A DNA stretch of 63,977 bases, the filler included, from Catajapyx aquilonaris (taxonomy: Eukaryota), in the NCBI GenBank assembly GCA_000934665.2. It is 2 parts of 2 records of this genome, joined end to end, with 100 filler letters (N's around TTAATTAATTAA, not from the genome) between each part and the next. Parts side by side here need not be neighbours in the genome. Positions count along the whole stretch, not along the records: positions 32,046 to 63,977 come from JYFJ02004476.1; 1 more part is not named here. One strand, 5' to 3'. Every line of letters begins with the position of its first letter. Within the stretch, counting starts at the first letter, position 1. Of this stretch, positions 51,512 to 63,840 are shown one piece after another. The position numbers and the translations under genes are program-made. Under the pieces are notes generated by a model, which worked only from the letters and a program-made list of their open reading frames with translations, ran no database searches and had not been told where the DNA came from.

Positions 51512-51804
51512 CTAGCTGCTGCACCCGGCGTTGCCCGGGAAGATATGAATGAAGGGAAAACACCTGCCAGTAGCCCCGTCAACTGTCTGTCTTTCTGTGT
51601 GTCCGCCCACCAATGCCATCTGTGGTCCTGCTACTCCAACACCTTGAACCTCTCCCGCCTGTATAACGGCAATCGTCATTTGCCTACCATCTGTAGTCAA
51701 CCCCCAACACCTCCATCCTCCCCCGGCCTGGGGGTGGAGCACAGATGACAGGTAAATGACGGTTGGCAGGCGGACAGACAGACTCACAAACGGCTTTATA
51801 TAGA
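51512..51804 (-). mobile_element. Non-autonomous Helitron, family 2 copy A (293 bp)
   Basis: Minus strand A|TCTATATAAAG...GTCTGTCTGTCC ... CCCGGGCAACGCCGGG (hairpin) TGCAGCAGCTAG|T. Confidence 0.85.
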
Positions 51805-51892
51805 TTTATTTGTTACAATTATTTTACCCCGTGATACAACTATAAGCCGTTATAGGGGGTGGCACACCACCATCAGTTTTCCAGTATATATT

Positions 51893-52137
51893 ACTTTTCT
51901 TCTCTCACCGGTGCAAGGAAACAAAGGGTAAGGATAGAGATTTTGGGGAGGGAACATGGGTGCAATGCAGTGTCTGTGAAGGTGTCATGTGCTGTTCCCC
52001 AGTAGGTTAGGTTGCCAAACACCTCCAAGGCGTGGGTCCTGACGCAGGTGAAGGGGAAATCCCAGGCGGGGATCGAACCTAGGACCCTTTCACTCAGCAA
52101 GCCGAGACGTTTCCATCTCGGCCACCACACCTCCCCG
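51893..52137 (-). mobile_element. tRNA-derived SINE, family 1 copy B
   Basis: GGGGAGGTGTGGTGGCCGAGATGG...GGTTCGATCCCCG head. The body aligns with 47735-47998. Confidence 0.85.
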
Positions 52138-54062
52138 TTCAGCTGAATATTTTCTACAAGGTAGAGTACCTAAACCTAGTGGCGTTACTAACTATTAAAT
52201 AGGATACACTACAATTTGGACTTTTTACAAGACTCTAAAGCGGCTTAAATTGAAGCAATTAGAAACATGTCACTCACGGAGCGCGACTAAGTAAAAGCAA
52301 TTTGGAGCAAATCAAAACAAGTAACTTGGGAATAGTTAGTAAGGCAGCTAAGGACAGACATTCGCCAAAACAAGGCCAGCCTATAAAGTAATCTCATTAC
52401 GCGTAATCCTTTGTGTGTTATGCCACAAATCATTCACCCAGTGAGTATAATCAGGTGTATTTGAAGCAAGTGATTGGTGATTAGCAAGACCCGTATGTAA
52501 AAACCCCCTAGCAGTGAGGTAGGAGCTGTTCTTGCAGCAGCTAGAGAGGTCGGAGAATGGCAGCAGCGAAATTGATCCGAGAGCATTTTTGAGTAAGTCT
52601 GAGGCCCTTAACTTGCTCTCCGGAATTGGGCGGCAGGAACCGTGTCGGCCTTTTGTTCCTTGCTCAATGTCCCTCCCTTTGTGGCACTTCGACCTTATCC
52701 GCGCATTTCAAAGGCCCATCATCCAACCCTGGCTAAAACCCCTCATCTCACTCAAGCAGCAGCTGCTGCCTCCAACCTACCCAACATATACTCAAGTGTC
52801 ACTTGAAATGACACATTTGGCCAAAATATTTTTTTATATAGGATTCCATTAAAAAAATTTGATGATTAAACTTAAGGTCGACCTGGAAAAACAAAGTTAG
52901 TGGTTAGTAGTTGAGAATGCCAGTAATGAGTACGACGTTGAACTTGGCCGTATTTCAGATCTCACCACTTTTGACGGCCAAGCAGTCTGGCCTTTTTTTT
53001 ACAGAAAGGTTTTTGGTGGTATAGGATATACCATATGCAAAAGATGTGGGCTCCCAGCTGTTAATTGTCCAAGAGAAGCAGATGGTGTCTATGTAATGGA
53101 CAGAAGTGCTGAGGTCGCTGTGTGAGATTGGTCTGCTTTTCTACCCTCGAGGGAACAGAAGAAAAGAGTGGGTTCTGCAAGTGATGGCTAGAAGGAGTGA
53201 ATGTCGGGGCGGAAAAGCGGCTTCCAAAGTGCTACCTACACTATATATATACATCGGAGGTGCAGAGTGCAAAAGGAGAATGAGAGAGACAGGCACAGGC
53301 TGCGCCATGTGAATCGATAGCCAGCAGCTCAAGTCAGGCCTAGATGCTGTCTCTTGCAGGTGACCCCCACACGCCTCTCTATTTTTCTTCTTCCCTAAAA
53401 AATATCAAAAAATGGGTACGCCCTGTTGCCTTCCTTGGACCGATCTCTATCATGGATCGTCCTGAGCGGACTTCCGCCGCTTTTCACCTACCCCAAGAGA
53501 GGAGGGTTACAGTTATGTGGCAGCCCGGAAATTACTTTTCCTGTGTGGAGACAAATTTATTATAAACCTTGCAAAGTGCATTTCACGGGCTTATGCACTG
53601 CAGCTATAGGGTGAACCAAAAAAAAATTACAATTATTATGGGGTGTCGCAACTGGGCTTGTAAAGCAGATTTGGATCGACAATGTGGTGCAAATACACGT
53701 GGCAAATTAATAACGCCATAATCATCTATATATTGTTACAAAACATTATTCAAATCAATGCGCAATCAGAGCTGGAATATTTCATTGGTTCGTGAATCAT
53801 TTCGATTAAAATTAAAGACAGGTTGTTACAGTAATACTTACCGGTTGGAATATGTAGGCTAGTAGTTGATTTGCAGAAATAACCAGGTTCGTGAACCTGT
53901 TGTGGTTCAGAGAGATGCAAATCTAATCAGTGTAATAGATATAATTTTGCTACGCTATCACAACGTCGGAATATCTAATGACTTAATTACAGCACTATTT
54001 TTATGCAGAGAGAACAATTTCAACAATTTGAATTTAAAGGCACTAACAATTAAACATTATTG

Positions 54063-54270
54063 TCACCGAAGCAGTTTGGTGGAGTGGATAAGGTGTTCGA
54101 CTGCTAATCGGGAGGTCCTGGGTTAGAGTCCCGGGGCCGGCTATTGGTTTTCTGGGGTTTTCCACGGTCCCCCAGGAGAATTCCGGGATTGCTTCCTAAA
54201 TAATTAGGCCACAGCCGCTTCCTTCCGTCCCTATCCTATCCCAAAAAGCAAAGTAAAAATGAAAGCAAAG
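54063..54270 (+). mobile_element. tRNA-derived SINE, family 2
   Basis: A box-like TGGTGGAGTGG and degenerate B box GGTTAGAGTCCC. Body ...ATTAGGCCACAGCCGCTTCCTTCC, then an A-rich tail. Confidence 0.65.
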
Positions 54271-54662
54271 AGTTCCAGTCAAAACAAAAATTGGGATGAA
54301 CCCCCCCCCCCTCTCCCAAAGAGCCGTCGGCTGATAACGGGGTATGAATTATTATTATTATTATTAAACATTATTGTGAATGTAGAAATTCCATGCACGA
54401 TGTACTGATTGTATTCTACCAACCTGTCCCGACAGAAGGAACGGGGAAGAGTTGATGGATTAGTCATTCCTGAGCGATTTGGCGGTCATCTTTTAAATTA
54501 AGGCGAAAATTGCCAATTTCCTACTTAAATGTGAAGGCACAAAAATATCTTATGCAAAATACATGAATGCGGACCAAGGATGACTAATCAATCAACTCTC
54601 CCCGTCACTCCTATTCTGTCAACTTCGGGCCAACACCCTGTATATTTACCAAAATATTTTAA

Positions 54663-55169
54663 AGGGACACTCCACTCAAAATACAAGTTGATCTGTAAAA
54701 ATCAGGCAAAAAATCCTGATTCCGGTGATGCCATCCGTTTATCTCTGAGACGAACGGTAATGTCAGGGGAAGAGACGAAAGTCGGAAAAAAATTCGAGGT
54801 CTGTTCGAGAGTGGCGCCGCCTGGCCACCTGGCCAAGTTAGGCGACGCGACGTTGGATAGAGCGCCGCCCTTCCCAACGGGCACTAGGGGAAGTTGGCTT
54901 CGGACACAACCAGATCCCCACGGATCCACATACCCGCAGGCAACTTATCCAAGTCGCCGTTGGGAAGGGCGGCGGTACTATCCAACGTCGCCTAACTTGG
55001 CCAGGTGGCCAGGCGGCGCCACTCTCGAACAGACCTCGAATTTTTTCCGACTTTCGTCTCTTCCCCTGACATTACCGTTCGTCTCAGAGATAAACGGATG
55101 GTATCACCGGAATCAGGATTTTTTGCCTGATTTTTACAGATCAACTTGTATTTTGAGTGGAGTGTCCCT
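54663..55169. mobile_element. Kolobok/T2-like palindromic MITE, copy B (507 bp)
   Basis: TTAA|AGGGACACTCCACTCAAAATACAAG ... CTTGTATTTTGAGTGGAGTGTCCCT|TTAA. Arms of ~230 bp are nearly identical. Confidence 0.9.
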
Positions 55170-56035
55170 TTAAGGTCCTATGAGTAATGATTCTGTTTTA
55201 AAAACACAAGTATCATTATTTGAGCATCCATTTTACTGCAAATATGTATCAAATAATCAACATAAATTATATTCAAGAAAAAGTTGAAAATCTCGCAAAA
55301 TCTTAAGACACATGGAAGAGACAACATCCGAATATCACGTTTTATTTTTTCTCTTCCAATACGTCAAGAAGGAGTTTGTCTGGAGTTAGCTCGTCTGAAC
55401 GTCTCCATTAATTGATAATGAGTTGTGAAGTTGTTGTTTTTTTTCTCTCCTTTCGCTCAGAGCCCGAAACGACCCCAGCTGTTAATCCTGAAAAGTTGGG
55501 GAGGCTCTGAGATGCAAATCGGAGGAGAATGAATTTTCAGCTGGCACGAAATGAAGCCTCTCTCGGATAAAGGGTCGCCAGTTCCCCTTAAAAAACCGTG
55601 GTGAAGGAAGGGAATATTTTTAAAAACTGTCTTAGACTTCCAAACTCGACCCTTCTCGCCTCTCGCAAAGTGCAGCCAAGTGTAAACAAGTCATAAAGTA
55701 TTGAAGGCTTGGTGAAAGAGGAAGGGAGCGGAAGTGAAGTGGGGTAAGGAGGAGAAAGAGGGTGTGGGTTTGGAAGGGGGTGGAGTGAAATTAACTCCAC
55801 AATGGGGACAAAGTTTGAGACAACGCGAAGTCATTTCTCAAAAGTTTCAGTCTCAAAGTCAGGTGGCTAAGCCTTCATATTTCTCCCCCGGTACTTAACG
55901 GGGAAATAATGAATGATAAGGACATTACCTTGCACCTTCAAATCTCAAATGAGTATCAGGATGATGCTTGCTGCGACAGAAAATGTGTGTCAATGATTCA
56001 CTCATATGTACCAGACATAACTGCTATTTAAGAAA

Positions 56036-56674
56036 TCGATATAACCTCCTGAGACCCCTGGTACAGTATACTGTACCTTTGTTTTTCCCAGCACCTTCTG
56101 ACTAACTCTAACGCGTAAAAAACCAAAGGTACAGTATACTGTACCAGGGGTATCAGGAGGATAAATAAAGTTGTTTGTGAATCTGTCTGTCTGTCTGTCC
56201 GCCTGCTAACCGTCATTTGCCTGCCATCTGTGCTCCACCCCCAGGCCGGGAGAGGATGGAGGTGTTGGGGGTTGACTACAGATGGCAGGCAAATGAATGA
56301 AGGGAAAACACCTGCCAGTAGCCCCGTCAACTGTCCGTCTTTCTGTCTGTCCGCATACCAATGCCATCTGTGGTCCTGCTACTCCAACACCTTCAACCTC
56401 TCCAGCCTGTATAACGGCAACCGTCATTTGCCTGCCATCTGTAGTCAACCCCCAACACCTCCATCCTCTCCCGGCCTGGGGGTGGAGTAGCACAGATGGT
56501 AGGCAAATGACGGTTGCCGTTATACAGGCGGGAGAGGTTGAAGGTTTTGGAGTAGCAGGACCACAGATGGCATTGGTGGCCGGACAGACAGAAAGACTGA
56601 CAGTTGACGGGGCTACTGGCAGGTGTTTTCCCTTCATTCATTTCTTCCCGGGCAACGCCGGGTGCCGCAGCTAG
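56036..56674 (+). mobile_element. Non-autonomous Helitron, family 2 copy B, with a nested MITE and an internal inverted duplication
   Basis: Ends CCCGGGCAACGCCGGGTGCCGCAGCTAG|T. The 5' end TCGATATAA is interrupted at 56045. The interior is homologous to 51512-51804 in both orientations. Confidence 0.8.
56045..56160. mobile_element. 116-bp MITE with 37-bp TIRs and ATAA TSD (piggyBac-like termini)
   Basis: ATAA|CCTCCTGAGACCCCTGGTACAGTATACTGTACCTTTG ... CAAAGGTACAGTATACTGTACCAGGGGTATCAGGAGG|ATAA. Confidence 0.8.
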
Positions 56675-57268
56675 TATTGTTTAAGAAAATGATTTGAAGA
56701 AAAATAGAAAAATTCTGAGAAAATTCATATGGTGGTAATCCACCCTATTAAAAAGGGCTCAGCTCCCTCTAATGGGGTAAAATAATAAATAAATAATATT
56801 GTAATTAAATGATTTCGTTGTGAGGCATTACTAATAATGTTACATAAAAAAGTTCCATGAGTTGTGAAAACATGCTCTTGCAATTCGTGGATTTGCCATT
56901 GTTGTGCTTGAAATGGCGATAGAAAGTACTAAGAACATTTCAGATTTTAATATTAATTTTTATGACATGATAGATGTGGGACGATTATTGAGTTGCAGAT
57001 TGTTAACTTAAACCTACAGTTAAGAAAATCAATGCGGGTTGAAGCAACACTTTAAATGCTTATGGGAAATCATGCATAGGGCTCGTGAATTGCGACTCCG
57101 AGTCGCAATTCACGAGCAATACTTTATGACCATGGTAGATGATGGCCAATATGGCATATTGGCTATCATCTACCACGTGGTCATAAATATTATAATTAAA
57201 TTTCAGGAAGGTTCGAATAAATTGCACATTCTCAACTTTCCAGATTTTCCTTCCCCAGACAACATATA

Positions 57269-57846
57269 CAGGGTGTTCAACATTCGTGGGTCGTTTAGCA
57301 GTGGCTTTAGCACCTGGTTAGGGGCACAACAAGCTACAAAAATAACTACTATCGGGAGATATCAGTTATGAAACATGATTGGCCAATCACGTGACGTGAT
57401 TAGAGTAGACTTTTTCATACCACCCATAACTCATTTTCGGCCAAAAGTGGACTTACCCATTTCCTCCTCCCTCCCCTACCACAAGACTGCCCCTTTCCCC
57501 TTTAAAAAATATGTCCTATAGCAAACTCATCGTTTAGACCTTTTCTCATCCATCGAAAAAAGTCTTATAGCACGGCTCTGTCCGTGCGTCCAGGTGTGGA
57601 CAAGTATTAGGTATCAGGGGGTAGGAGGGGGAAGGGGGAAAGGGTGATCTGGGGGAGGGGACGGACGGTGGGGGGAGGGGGCAGCCAGGGGGAAGGGGCG
57701 GATAGAGTGAACCCGGAACCCCAAAAATCGGAATAAACTTTTATAGCACGGCTTTGTCTCTCTGATACCTGTCCACAGACAGACAGACTGGCAGACTTTT
57801 TTTTCTCGAAAAAGTCTAAAACGACTCACGAATTTGGAACACCCAG
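57269..57846. mobile_element. Tc1/mariner-type MITE with TA TSD
   Basis: TA|CAGGGTGTTCAACATTCGTGGGTCGTTTAG ... CTAAAACGACTCACGAATTTGGAACACCCAG|TA. Confidence 0.7.
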
Positions 57847-58154
57847 TATATGTATATAATTCATCACATATTATTAGATATTATGGGAAATGGGACTCGA
57901 ATTATTTTGTCCACTTTATCCTACTCTTGAATCAACCCTTGGCACAAGCCCCACGGTGAGGAAGTGTGTCCCGGTCTCGCATAGGGTCTGAGGACCAAGA
58001 TTGGTGTTTTGACTATAGCTCTGGGGACATTCTCCAAATTGTGGGGACATTTCGCGTCCCCACAGCAAAAACGCCTGGTGGGATACTGCTTCAGTGGGGA
58101 CATGTCCCCACAATTCTGTCATGCATGGTTTTACAAAAGACAATTTTTCTCAGC

Positions 58155-58461
58155 CTAGGTTAGGTTAGGTTAGGTTAGATCAGCCTGATCTAACCTAACC
58201 TACCCTTAGGTTATGGTTAGGTTAGGTTATGTTAGATCAGGCTGATCTAACCTAACCTAGGCCTAACCTAGGTAGTAACCTAGGGTAGGTTAGGTTAGAT
58301 CAGCCTGATTTAACATAACCTAACCTACCCTTAGGTTTGGCTTAGGTTAGGTTAGATCAGCCTGATTTAACATAACCTAACCTACTCTTAGGTTAGGGTT
58401 TGGTTAGGTTAGGTTAGGTTAGGTTAGGTTAGATCAGCCTGATCTAACCTAACCTAACCTA
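58155..58461. repeat. Array of five inverted (TTAGG)n / (CCTAA)n hairpin units with a TTAGATCAG-N-CTGAT(C/T)TAA core
   Basis: Palindrome centres at 58184, 58241, 58304, 58361 and 58438. TTAGG is the ancestral arthropod telomeric repeat. Confidence 0.93.
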
Positions 58462-61346
58462 CACGGTGTGTTGTCCTTGCCCCCACAGCCTATGGGGCGC
58501 AAGACTGGGTGTGTGTGTGAAGGGTTGCTTCAAGACCAGGATAAAGTGGCCAAAATAATTTGAACCCCATAGCACATCCTCCAACAGACATTATCGTGCC
58601 ACACAACAATCCTAGTTTAGTGGACACCAACATAAAAACGCCAGTCCTGTTCAGCCATCCACACTACCCTAAAAATGATATAGATCAGCATGCATTTCAC
58701 AAAACCCCAGCTTCTTCCACTTGCCTATGGCATCTTCCAAGATAAATGCGACAAACAGATGTGTTTGGCCATGACTGGTAGCCCAAAAGTATTGGGTCTG
58801 AGAAGTGCGGTTAGGGTGTCTGAGTTTGGTTTCTTAGGAGGAGGAGGATGGTGTGGGGGATAGGCAGGGCATCATGTGTGACAGCAGGCAGGCAGCAGAG
58901 CAGAAAAGGAAGAAAGGAAGTCTGGAGCATTTGTCGAGCGTTAGTGCGGGTCGTGAGTTGGCATCCAAATGGAGGAGGACCTAAGAAAACACGGAGCGGA
59001 CGTGCTGGATTTGCCTGCCCCTCCTTTTCCCCTCCTTCTCCCTCTCCCCGAACACCGGAAGATCCGCAACTTTGAAAGCTCTCACGTTCTGGGATCGATG
59101 GGATTTAGAAACTTTTACCTGCTGGGATGTTGGCGATGGTGGAAGTGTCGTGGTTTCAACTGAGGGAAACGGAAGGAAGTAGGGTAGGGAGGATGGGGAG
59201 TCAGGTGAGGGAGCGGGTCAGGAGGGAGTGCAAAAGGCAGGATTGTTGCTGCTTTAAAGGCAGGTGAGATTTTCCTCTTCCCGAAGCGTTTTTTTTTCTC
59301 TCATCAGTCATTCGACAGAAGTTTCCAACTTTCATAACAATTTTATTTCTGCACCTGGTGGCCCACGTTGGCGATACGTGAATTGTGCGGTGTCATCTTT
59401 CCATGGTGTCAGACTCAAGCGAAATCTTGGCTCCAGTTACCCTCGACGCATACGCGACAGGATGAACCCACTTTCATAGCAAGTAGGTTCATCCTATCGC
59501 GTATGCAACCCAACAGCCTCTCTTTTTCACCACAATGGCGCTATTTCAGGGGCAAGTGTCGTTCCAAAAAAAAAAAATGTGATTCTCCATTCTCGACACA
59601 TTTTTTTCTGAAATCAGTGATTAATAGCTGTATTTTTATAAAAGAACGATACCATACAACGATACCATACCGCGATAAAATATTCACGCCCTGTAATTTC
59701 CATCAAAATTAAAATATTAACAATTACAACGGTAAAGCAGAACCTGTCCATCAGTTACGCTACAACTCTCATTCAATAACAGCGCTACATTGCGTGTGTT
59801 TATATACAATGAGCTTCATACAAAATGTGGCCTTAATTATTTCTAGGGTCGCGCAACATTAGCATAATTTTATTGAAAATGTATTTGTCAATATGCGAAC
59901 TTTCCGCCATGCATGCAAATTGGATGATGACAGAGTTGTGTTAAGCCTTAAGTGCTAATATCTCAGGAATCCTTTTATCTACAATTGTTTAAATACACTA
60001 TTATATGATCATTATTATGGAAGTCTTACAATTTTCTTACGCTTGTAGAGCATAAGTCACACTTTTCAAAATAGCATCACAGAGAGGAAGGTGCATTGTT
60101 ACTTTTATTTCACTGAGTTCTAAATAAGCCTAAGATGGCTAATAATTAATATGAATTCACAAGATAACCTTTTCTCAACCACCTCGACTTTTTTAGTCGT
60201 TATGACCAACATAGCCCAAACATCATTACTATGAACCTACTTGCATCGCGTACATGACCTTTTCCTTCTCTATTCATTTGTTTTAATATAAAATTAAATA
60301 TTCTATAAACTACAAACCATCGCAGCTACTGGTTGCCTTGAAAAATCTACTAATATTGACCTAAGTTTCAAGGCAGCAAATTGATATGCTGTTTGGTGAG
60401 AAGCTTACAAAAGTAGGTTTACAGTCGATGGCTTGAGGGCAATCGTAGTAAATAAATAGGGTGGATGTACTGTAAAGTTCCGCCTACACTCAGCTCGTCT
60501 TGTTACTCTTTACAGGGGTGTTTTACCAGGGACGCAAAAATAGGATATGAAACTTTTCATCGTTATTTTAAAGCATGAGATTCCAACATGACAGATCCAC
60601 TTGCTTCGCATCTGGCTGTTGCAAGGTCTGCAGTTATGCCACGTTAGCAGCTACAAAATTATAATATGTGAAACTTTCTGCATACTCACACTTCCGACAA
60701 CCGACATGTTCTAATTCTAACTTCTCATCCTGCTTAAGTCAAATATGCAGAGAAGAGAGTGAAATATTCTACGTTAATAATAAAGTTTCCGAAATATATT
60801 CATTTTTAGTGTATGCAACCATCTTTTGTTGCTTTCGGTTAAAGCAATTATGATATGTAAATAAATTACGCAATAATTAATACATGGTAGTACATCCTCA
60901 TAGCGATAATTTAGTCATTAATTTTGTCACATGTTAGAGCCGTATGTGGAAATATTATAATTATATGAATAACAGTAACAACTTGAAACCCCTTTTATAC
61001 AACAGTAATGCCTTAGGAAATAACCATAAAATAACTGACTTCATATTTTTAAGCATATATCGTAATGTCGAGACTGCAGGTACAATACAGTTGGATTTGA
61101 AATTTTTGGTACTTGAAGCTAGGCAAATTACATTTTGAAACATTAATTTCTAGGATGCACTTTAATGTGCATACAAAAAATTATCATATGCCACAAATCT
61201 AAGTAAAGACTAATCTGGCAAAAGCCTGTTTCATCACCGTAAACAGACACTAATTACGAGCATAACCCTTCGGGAGAAATATATGAGCAGTTATTTGTGG
61301 TCTTCAGAATCAGTTTTACAGGTTCGTTCACTATCAGGTTACATTG

Positions 61347-62541
61347 CACTATGGAACACGATATTTGTCCATGGAAATTCATCGCCATTTTCATGTTCCT
61401 TAGGTCACTCGTAACTCATAATGACCATTCATTTTGTCTTCGATTTGTTTTTGACCTCGGGGCAGTCAAAAAACCAAAATCATCAAATATGGCGGGTTTT
61501 CCGAATCAAGTGGGCGGTCTAAATGTTTCTAGACCATCTCGGATTTTGCTGAAAATAATTACAACTGTACACATCTATGCCACAACACTGCATATCAAGT
61601 TTCAGCCAAATTGCGAAATACGATGGGGAGGGGAACAATCGCGAAATTTGGGGAATGAGGCCTTTTATATATATATTTTTTTTCGGTCAGTGGAAGTGGT
61701 CAAAACCCAATCAACACATACATCAAATGAAAGAGAAACGCGTGTAGAATCCGTCTATGGAGTTAGGTCTCCTCTAAAGTGTAACCGGGAAAACGTGTGT
61801 GGCATTCCATCGGTCACATGTCCAAGCATTTGGCTCCATATAAGAATTATTGGTAATTCTGCGAAACATATCTATTATTTTCTCGCGAGTCATGCATGAC
61901 CCAGGATTGAAACTTAACAGATTAAATCTTGTATGGGTCACAACTCCTGTCACCAAATATGGCTGCTCTTACGCAAATACATCACTAATTGTTGGGGTCT
62001 AAATACTTGGACATGTGATTGAGCATGTGACCGATGGAATGCCACACACGTTTTTCTGGGTGCATTTTCAAGAAAAACACATTCCACAGAGGCATTCTAC
62101 TCGAGTTTCCCTTTCATTTGATATATATATGTTGATTGGCTTTTGACCACATCCAATAATCGAAAAAAATTATCCAAAAAATGCATTTTTTTTTTTGATA
62201 ATGTCCACATTTTCGCAGTTTTTTCCTTCCCACGGTATTTCGCAATTTGGCTGAAACTTGATATGAAGTGTTATGGCATAGGTGTGTACAGCTGTAATTT
62301 CTTCCAGCAAAATCCGAGATGGTCTAAAAACATTTAGGCCCACTTGATTGGAAAAAACCGCTATACAGTACTTGTATATGAGGATTTTGGTTTTTTGACT
62401 GCCCCGAGGTCAAAAACAAATCGAAGACAAAATGAATGGTACGGTAATTTCATTATGAGTTACGAGCGACCCCCAAGGAACACGAAAATGGCGCTGAATT
62501 TCCATGGACAGAAAAAGAGTTGATTTTTGTTGCACATAGTG
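61347..62541. mobile_element. 1.2-kb foldback MITE with CACTATG...CATAGTG termini (Transib-like)
   Basis: Inverted arms ~61365-61830 versus ~62005-62510 (e.g. TTTGTCTTCGATTTGTTTTTGACCTCGGGGCAGTCAAAAAACCAAAAT is mirrored). The 5-bp flanks differ (CATTG vs CTACG), so the superfamily call is tentative. Confidence 0.75.
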
Positions 62542-63228
62542 CTACGGTATTTATCATCTGAAGCAAAATAAAATCAGTATACTGTAGACCTATGTGGTGG
62601 GGGTGGTGCATATGATTGGGGGATGGACATCATCACTGGCTTAAGTATGAAGGGATTAACAATATGGTCTCCACCACCCCAGGCCGCAGGCCTAGAAAAA
62701 AGCGAGCGAAGCCAGGCTATAAGTGCAAGAAATGGATTGGTGGGAAGGACTCCAAAAAATTCATTGAGCTGAACCTATAGTGCCTACATATATATTAGTC
62801 CACGGGGCTAGCTCGAGACTAGACCAGTTTAGAGTGAAACCCCTGGTGAAACTATAGGGAACCGGTTAGTGTCGAGTAGAGGGTGGTGTAGCCAACTTCA
62901 ATCGACACAACAACAGAGACGAAAGACAGTCACAAAAGGGTCCGTGATGACGGTGATGACAGTGTATGGCACATTTGCCTACCCGGGAGAGATTGAAGAG
63001 GCTCTAATTTGGCCGGCTGCCGGCTGGTGGCGCACTCGCGATCACCCATTGGCTCTTCGTGGTCTGATCGCTTACGTCACACCGCATCACACGCTACTAC
63101 CGAAATCAGCTCTCGATACGACCAACCCTTTAACGGTCGCATTCAAGGTCACATTATACTGCCCTGGACCAGCCCCTAACCAGCCTTAGACGTGAAAGAC
63201 AATTAGTTCCAGGGAACAAGAGACACCA

Positions 63229-63840
63229 ATGGCTACACCGAATCGTACCGGAGTATCGCATGACCCTCAGGGGACATTCCAGAGCTTTGAAGCGGCAATA
63301 ATACCTGATGGTGATGGCCGCCCAGAAGAAGTGCCGCTGGGAGAACGCAATGGAGGAGATGTTTCGGTTCGAAGCCCAGATGAAGACTTACCCAGGTGAG
63401 TGAAAAGGACAAGGCCACCGTCCTTGTTGCAGAGGTGCCATTTGGCAAAGTCTGAGTAATAGTGGCACTTTATTTCCAGCAGTCAAACGCATGCAAGTGC
63501 AGAAGAAGATGCAGGAGAGGAGTACTGCTGGTGGAAGCAACCAGCGATGGTCGAACTCATGGCGCGCAACCCAGTCAATGATGAGGAGGAGGAGGACAGT
63601 GATTGGAGGCGCGCTCTTCATGAGATGGTGACAGAATTTGGTCACGACAGAGAAGAATATAAAGCTATTGAGGTATTGGCCAGCCTACATGTTGAAGAGA
63701 CCATTGGCATTGTACCCAGTGAGTTGCACGAGTTGGCCCTGATCCTCAGGGACTCACTTGAGAATTCTTGCGTACTGCAGCTACAGATACAACAGATACA
63801 AACAGCCCTAAATTGGTACCAGGGAAGGAGAATTGGGTAA
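63229..63840 (+). CDS. Hypothetical acidic protein, two exons (63229-63395, 63480-63840), ~175 aa
   Basis: MATPNRTGVSHDPQG...DEDLP, then AG|GTGAGT donor, an 84-nt intron and TTATTTCCAG|C acceptor, splicing in frame into ORF 63547-63840. No family recognised; it may continue via a donor at ~63837. Confidence 0.5.

Noticed and set aside
54580..55173. 197-aa ORF and mirrored ORFs on both strands
   Set aside because: Produced by the palindromic MITE.
56206..56674. Similar ORFs on both strands, repeated at 51512-51787
   Set aside because: Translations of the non-coding Helitron and its inverted duplication.
58155..58461. True telomere or single chromosome-fusion scar
   Set aside because: Interstitial, with short tracts and five repeated inversions sharing one core; a single fusion would give one junction.
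61297..61899. 200-aa ORF
   Set aside because: Lies within one arm of the foldback element; no transposase motifs.
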